Made by a program: the position numbers and the translations under genes. A stretch of 64,000 nucleotides of DNA from NCBI GenBank assembly GCA_000999715.1, contig LCGL01000001.1, positions 67,139-131,138 of the forward strand. Reading direction: 5' to 3'. The notes beneath the pieces are model-generated. The model ran no database searches. It saw only the letters and a program-made list of their open reading frames with translations, and was not told the origin of the DNA. The stretch comes from Candidatus Falkowbacteria bacterium GW2011_GWF2_43_32. GTDB taxonomy: Bacteria > Patescibacteriota > Patescibacteriia > Patescibacteriales > UBA12465. The stretch's first letter is position 1, and the number at the start of each line of letters is the position of its first letter. Shown here in pieces: positions 60,137 to 64,000 of the stretch.

Positions 60137-62275
60137 TTATCCTTTAATTATTTGCAAAAATTCTTCTTCCGTCAAAATTTTAATCCCCAATTTCTTCGCT
60201 TGTTCGTATTTGGAGCCCGGGTCGGCGCCGACCACCACATAATCCGTCTCGCGGGTGACATTCTCCTTGGTTTTTCCACCCAATATTTTAATTTTATCCT
60301 TAGCCTCTCCCCTTGTCAAACCGGACAAAGATCCGGTTAACACGAAAACTCGACCGGCCAACTTTTTGCCGGCGAGCGCGGCGGCAGTCGATCCGCTGGC
60401 CGTCGCACGCAGAGTCACGCCGTTATCATGAAATTTTTTCAACAATTCCAAATCATGTTTGTCATGCCAAAAAGCGACGATACTGCGGGCGACAATCGGA
60501 CCGATGTCGGACATTTTTTCCCAATCATCCGCTTGAAATTTTTGACCGGCCCTGATTAATTCCGGAATGCTGATTTTCCCCGACAACCGCAAGGCCTCCG
60601 CCAACAAAGCGGCGGTTTCTTCGCCCACATGTCTGATACCTAAACCGTATATAAAACGCTCCACGGTCAAGACTCGGCGATCGGCCATCATTTTTATGAC
60701 ATTATCCGCTTTCTTCTCGGCGAAACGCTCCAATCCCAACAAATCTTCCTTGCGCAAAACATAAAGATCGGCCGCATCTTTTATCAACCCGGAAGTCAAA
60801 AATTGTTCAATCAATTTCGGTCCCAAGCCCTCCAAATCGGCCGCCCCCTTGGAAACAAAATGTCCGATTCGACGCAAATTAACGGCATAACAACGCTTAT
60901 CGGCGCAACGATAAGCGACTTCGTCTTTTTCCTTGATTACCTCTCCGCCGCACATCGGACAAACTTTAGGCGGAAATATTTCCCGTTCTCGTCCGGTGCG
61001 CAAATTTTTCAACACCGTCAAAACTTTGGGAATCACGTCGCCGGAACGTTCAATGATGACGGTATCGTTTATTTTCAAATCCAAACGGCGAATCTCGTCA
61101 AAATTATGCAAAGTGGAACGACTGATAGTCACCCCGCCGACTTTGACTGGCTCCAACAGTGCCGTCGGCGTCAGAGCGCCGGTGCGCCCGACTTGCCACA
61201 CCACTTCACGCACCTCGGTCGTCGCCTGTTCGGCGGAAAATTTATAGGCCATTTCATAGCGCGGCGCTTTGCCGACCACGCCCAAGACCGGCCACATTTT
61301 TAAATCGTTGACTTTAACCACTACCCCGTCAATATGAAAAGGCAAACGGGCGCGGTTTTTTTCCGTGGCGCGATAGAAAGCGAAGACCGCCGTCAAATCA
61401 ACACTCACGCGATTCTGCCGCAAAGTTTTGATGCCCAACAAAGCACTGAGCTTATCGGCCTGCGCACGCGTCGCAATCGTCTCGCCGCGATTGTAGCCGT
61501 CCAATAATATATCATAGGCATAAAATTCCAACTTCCGTTCCGCCGCGATTTTCGGATCAAGTTGGCGGATGGAACCGGCCACGCCATTCCGCGTGTTGGC
61601 CAACAAAGGCCGCCCCTGGCGCGCGTATTTTTTATTCAATTCCTCGAAAACCGCCTTGGTCATAATCGCTTCCCCGCGAATTTCAATCACGCCCGCCGTC
61701 AGCAACTGCCCAATTTTTGTTCTCGCCGCCTTGTCCAAACCTAAATCAATCAATTCTTTCTCGGTCGGACGGCGCAATTTCAACGGCAAACTGCCGATGG
61801 TTTTAATATTGTTGGTCACGTCTTCGCCGATTTTTCCGTCGCCGCGCGTCGCCGCCCGCACCAAAAGGCCTTGCCGATATTGCAAACTGACGGCCAAACC
61901 GTCCAATTTCAATTCACAATAATATTCCGGCCGAAAACGCCGTCCCAAATAATTATCGTTCCGCTCTTCCCAGGCGCACATTTCTTCTTCGGAAAAAGCG
62001 TCAAACAAAGAAATCATCGGCTCGGAATGTTCAATTTTGGAAAATTTATCCAAAGGCCGGCCGGCCACTCTCTGAGTCGGCGAATCCGGCGTAATCAAAG
62101 TCGGAAATTCCCGTTCCAATCGAAACAACTCGTTTTTCAGACTATCCAGAGCCGCCGGGGCCACGGTTTCGCGGTCCAAGACGTGATAATTATAGCGATG
62201 AAAATCAATTTCTTCCCGCAACTTCGCCGCCCTGATTTTTGCCTCGGAATAGGTCATAAAGGAGTTATAAAACAC
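60137..62275 (-). CDS. ligA: NAD-dependent DNA ligase
   Basis: 712 aa with adenylation motif CELKLDGLA, an OB domain, a Zn finger (CPMCGG...C...C), HhH repeats and a C-terminal BRCT (FVLTGSL). Confidence 0.95.
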   Translation of the reverse strand: MFYNSFMTYSEAKIRAAKLREEIDFHRYNYHVLDRETVAPAALDSLKNELFRLEREFPTLITPDSPTQRVAGRPLDKFSKIEHSEPMISLFDAFSEEEMCAWEERNDNYLGRRFRPEYYCELKLDGLAVSLQYRQGLLVRAATRGDGKIGEDVTNNIKTIGSLPLKLRRPTEKELIDLGLDKAARTKIGQLLTAGVIEIRGEAIMTKAVFEELNKKYARQGRPLLANTRNGVAGSIRQLDPKIAAERKLEFYAYDILLDGYNRGETIATRAQADKLSALLGIKTLRQNRVSVDLTAVFAFYRATEKNRARLPFHIDGVVVKVNDLKMWPVLGVVGKAPRYEMAYKFSAEQATTEVREVVWQVGRTGALTPTALLEPVKVGGVTISRSTLHNFDEIRRLDLKINDTVIIERSGDVIPKVLTVLKNLRTGREREIFPPKVCPMCGGEVIKEKDEVAYRCADKRCYAVNLRRIGHFVSKGAADLEGLGPKLIEQFLTSGLIKDAADLYVLRKEDLLGLERFAEKKADNVIKMMADRRVLTVERFIYGLGIRHVGEETAALLAEALRLSGKISIPELIRAGQKFQADDWEKMSDIGPIVARSIVAFWHDKHDLELLKKFHDNGVTLRATASGSTAAALAGKKLAGRVFVLTGSLSGLTRGEAKDKIKILGGKTKENVTRETDYVVVGADPGSKYEQAKKLGIKILTEEEFLQIIKG

Positions 62276-62290
62276 TTTTATTATAACACA

Positions 62291-62313
62291 AAACCCTGTT
62301 TTTAACAGGGTTT
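62291..62313 (-). terminator. terminator hairpin between the small membrane protein genes and ligA
   Basis: AAACCCTGTT-ttt-AACAGGGTTT. On the minus strand it is followed by TTTTGTGTTATAAT, which also supplies a -10-like TATAAT for ligA. Confidence 0.5.
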
Positions 62314-62340
62314 TGATAAGGCTTTAAAAACAAACGAAAA

Positions 62341-62670
62341 CTATTCTTCGGTCGCGGCCGGAGCGTTCTGGCCGGTGGCGCTGTTGATGAAAGTCACCAC
62401 TTCGCCGATCGTTTGAGAATTCTGAGCGGTCGCTTGGCTCAATTGATTGACGGCGGCAATCTGGCTATTCAAACGAGCGTTAAATTGCCAGAAAATCATT
62501 ACCAAGGCACCTAAAACGATACCGACGATTAAAGGAAATACAATGTCTCTTCTCATAGTTTTATTATCCGACGCGCGACGGGAAACGCTTGTCTCCGCCG
62601 GATCGGTTATATTACTTTTTATATTATTTTTTGTACCGACAAGAACCTTAGTTCTGGTTGTTCTGGGCAT
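62341..62670 (-). CDS. small membrane-anchored protein (paralog of 62648-62854)
   Basis: 109-aa ORF with one TM helix followed by ...NQLSQATAQNSQTIGEVVTFIN. The start may instead be Met39 (62556). Confidence 0.5.
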   Translation of the reverse strand: MPRTTRTKVLVGTKNNIKSNITDPAETSVSRRASDNKTMRRDIVFPLIVGIVLGALVMIFWQFNARLNSQIAAVNQLSQATAQNSQTIGEVVTFINSATGQNAPAATEE

Positions 62671-62854
62671 TGAGATTGGTGTTTAGGAAATTAACGACGG
62701 CGGCGGTTTTGTTGGAATCTTCAATGATGGTCGTTTGCATGGCCATCATCTTCTTGTCCAAGCGATTCAGCTGGACATAAAAATAAACGAACACGGCGGC
62801 GATCAAAACCATAATTATGGCGGTGACAATCGGCCCGATCAAGGTTTTTTTCAT
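62648..62854 (-). CDS. small membrane-anchored protein
   Basis: 68 aa with one TM helix followed by ...NRLDKKMMAMQTTIIEDSNKTAAVVNFLN, the same layout as the downstream gene. Confidence 0.5.
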   Translation of the reverse strand: MKKTLIGPIVTAIIMVLIAAVFVYFYVQLNRLDKKMMAMQTTIIEDSNKTAAVVNFLNTNLNAQNNQN

Positions 62855-62971
62855 AATGATAGATTTATTAAAATTTTTGAAGCTATGATAATTATAACAA
62901 TTTTAAAATAAGGGGTCAAGAAACCACTATCATTAATATTGCAATAATTAGCTCTCGTCTTTATATATTTC

Positions 62972-64000
62972 TTATTCAAGCCCCGCTCCTCCGCCTCCCG
63001 GATATTTCACCACCATTTTAGACACACTGCCATCGGTATTGACGGTCCACATGCTGGTACTGTTATCAAAAGCAATATCAACAGGCGAAGAGGAAAAAGC
63101 GGGGTCTATATACTCAGTAGCCGTTCCGGTTGATGTGACACGGATAAGGCCGTGACCGGCAGCAAATGATTGGGCGGTAGTCCAAATATCAGTGTTGTCA
63201 TAAGCTAAAGCATTAGCCCAATAATCATTCAGGATAATAGTAAAATTCGTCGTCGTTCCAGTTGATTTGGTCATTCTGGTCACATGACCATGGCCGCTAC
63301 CATACGTCATCCATAAATAACTACCGGCATTAACAATATCGGTGGGAGCGGTTACCAAAGGATATGTCGCCAATACGCTACCTAAATTACTGATTTTAAC
63401 AATAGCGGGCGAATTTGATGTGGCTACCCACAAATAAGTTCCGTCATGAGCTAAAGCGTTAGGCTTATAACCAGCTAAATCAATAAGCATAGGCGTTCCG
63501 GTTAGAGTAACCCTGAACACACTTTCATCAAAAGTATTCGCCGTCCACATATATCCGCCGCCATAAGTAATTGCAAACGGCTCTAGACCAATGTTATATT
63601 CAGCCACCAAACTACCATTAGTCGCAACTTTAGTGACCGTATCACTGTTCTCATTGGCTGTCCAAAGATTAGTGCCGTCAAAAGCGATATCAGTCGGATA
63701 TCGATTATTGCCCCAGCCATTCAACGTATAGCCGGTCATAGCGCCGCTAGACGAAATTTTAGTTATACTATTAGTAGCATCATTGTTAGCCACCCACATA
63801 TTCGTCCCGTCATAAGCGATCGCCCTCGGGATATCGTCGGTGGGGCCAGAATAAGTAATCACCGAGCCGATGCAACCGGTGATAACGACGCCGGTCGGAG
63901 GATTGGCGATAAAAGAATTCCATTCCGTCGCGGTCTTGGTGGGAACGAAATAATCGTTGGTCACGGAATCGTTAGTGACATATTTACAGGGACCGCCGAC
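62972..64000 (-). CDS. beta-propeller repeat protein (Vgb/NHL-like repeats), 5' end outside the window
   Basis: Repeated ~45-aa units of the form A.DG.N.W.AN...d.V.kit..G (DGTNMWVANN, DGTNLWTANE, GGGYMWTANT, DGTYLWVATS, GSYLWMTY, NTDIWTTA, STSMWTVN). The reading frame stays open to the window edge. Confidence 0.6.
   Translation of the reverse strand, partial: VGGPCKYVTNDSVTNDYFVPTKTATEWNSFIANPPTGVVITGCIGSVITYSGPTDDIPRAIAYDGTNMWVANNDATNSITKISSSGAMTGYTLNGWGNNRYPTDIAFDGTNLWTANENSDTVTKVATNGSLVAEYNIGLEPFAITYGGGYMWTANTFDESVFRVTLTGTPMLIDLAGYKPNALAHDGTYLWVATSNSPAIVKISNLGSVLATYPLVTAPTDIVNAGSYLWMTYGSGHGHVTRMTKSTGTTTNFTIILNDYWANALAYDNTDIWTTAQSFAAGHGLIRVTSTGTATEYIDPAFSSSPVDIAFDNSTSMWTVNTDGSVSKMVVKYPGGGGAGLE

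Overview
This 64-kb window comes from a compact bacterial chromosome coded almost entirely on the minus strand. Two housekeeping blocks (1-32.3 kb and 57.6-64 kb) flank an AT-rich accessory island of about 25 kb (33.4-57.5 kb, judged by eye) that ends at a tRNA-Ser(GGA) gene.

The left core block carries rfbB, HIT, an RmlC-like gene, a PfkB kinase, mreBCD, proS, ruvA, a U32 peptidase, a NIF3-like gene, an SPFH protein, ileS, secA, nrdAB, hpf, rseP, frr, holB, a cell-surface repeat protein, a polyprenyl-phosphate sugar transferase with three glycosyltransferases, and rpsD. The right core block carries a DsbA-like gene, gatCA, ligA and a beta-propeller protein. Gene content and style suggest a CPR/Patescibacteria-type genome, but that is inference only.

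The main finding is a complete diversity-generating retroelement (DGR). It has a reverse transcriptase at 45994-46992 (-), an Avd-like four-helix protein on the opposite strand (about 46972-47361, +), and a 130-nt Asn-codon-rich template repeat (47378-47507). There are two variable regions, each at the 3' end of a paralogous 217-219-aa target gene: one adjacent (47842-48495) and one about 15 kb away (32591-33250). In my hand alignment, TR/VR differences fall almost only at TR adenines. A C15 homopolymer sits where the divergent avd and RT genes meet.

Between the two target genes lie a Bro-N gene, a solitary NYN gene, a sigma-like gene paired with a 900-aa SF1 helicase, and a prophage or satellite remnant. 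The remnant has an S24 repressor switch, a ParB-methyltransferase fusion, TerS/TerL and a large serine recombinase, but no structural genes.

Past the DGR there is a Type I R-M operon (HTH-hsdM-hsdS-hsdR plus a PD-(D/E)XK/DUF5655-like gene) with a perfect 12-bp x3 repeat in hsdS. Short direct repeats of the tRNA-Ser 3' end also occur at 34.87 and 35.63 kb. A free-standing LAGLIDADG endonuclease gene overlaps the tRNA 5' end. I found no rRNA genes and no CRISPR array. All calls rest on reading the sequence and ORF translations, with no database searches.
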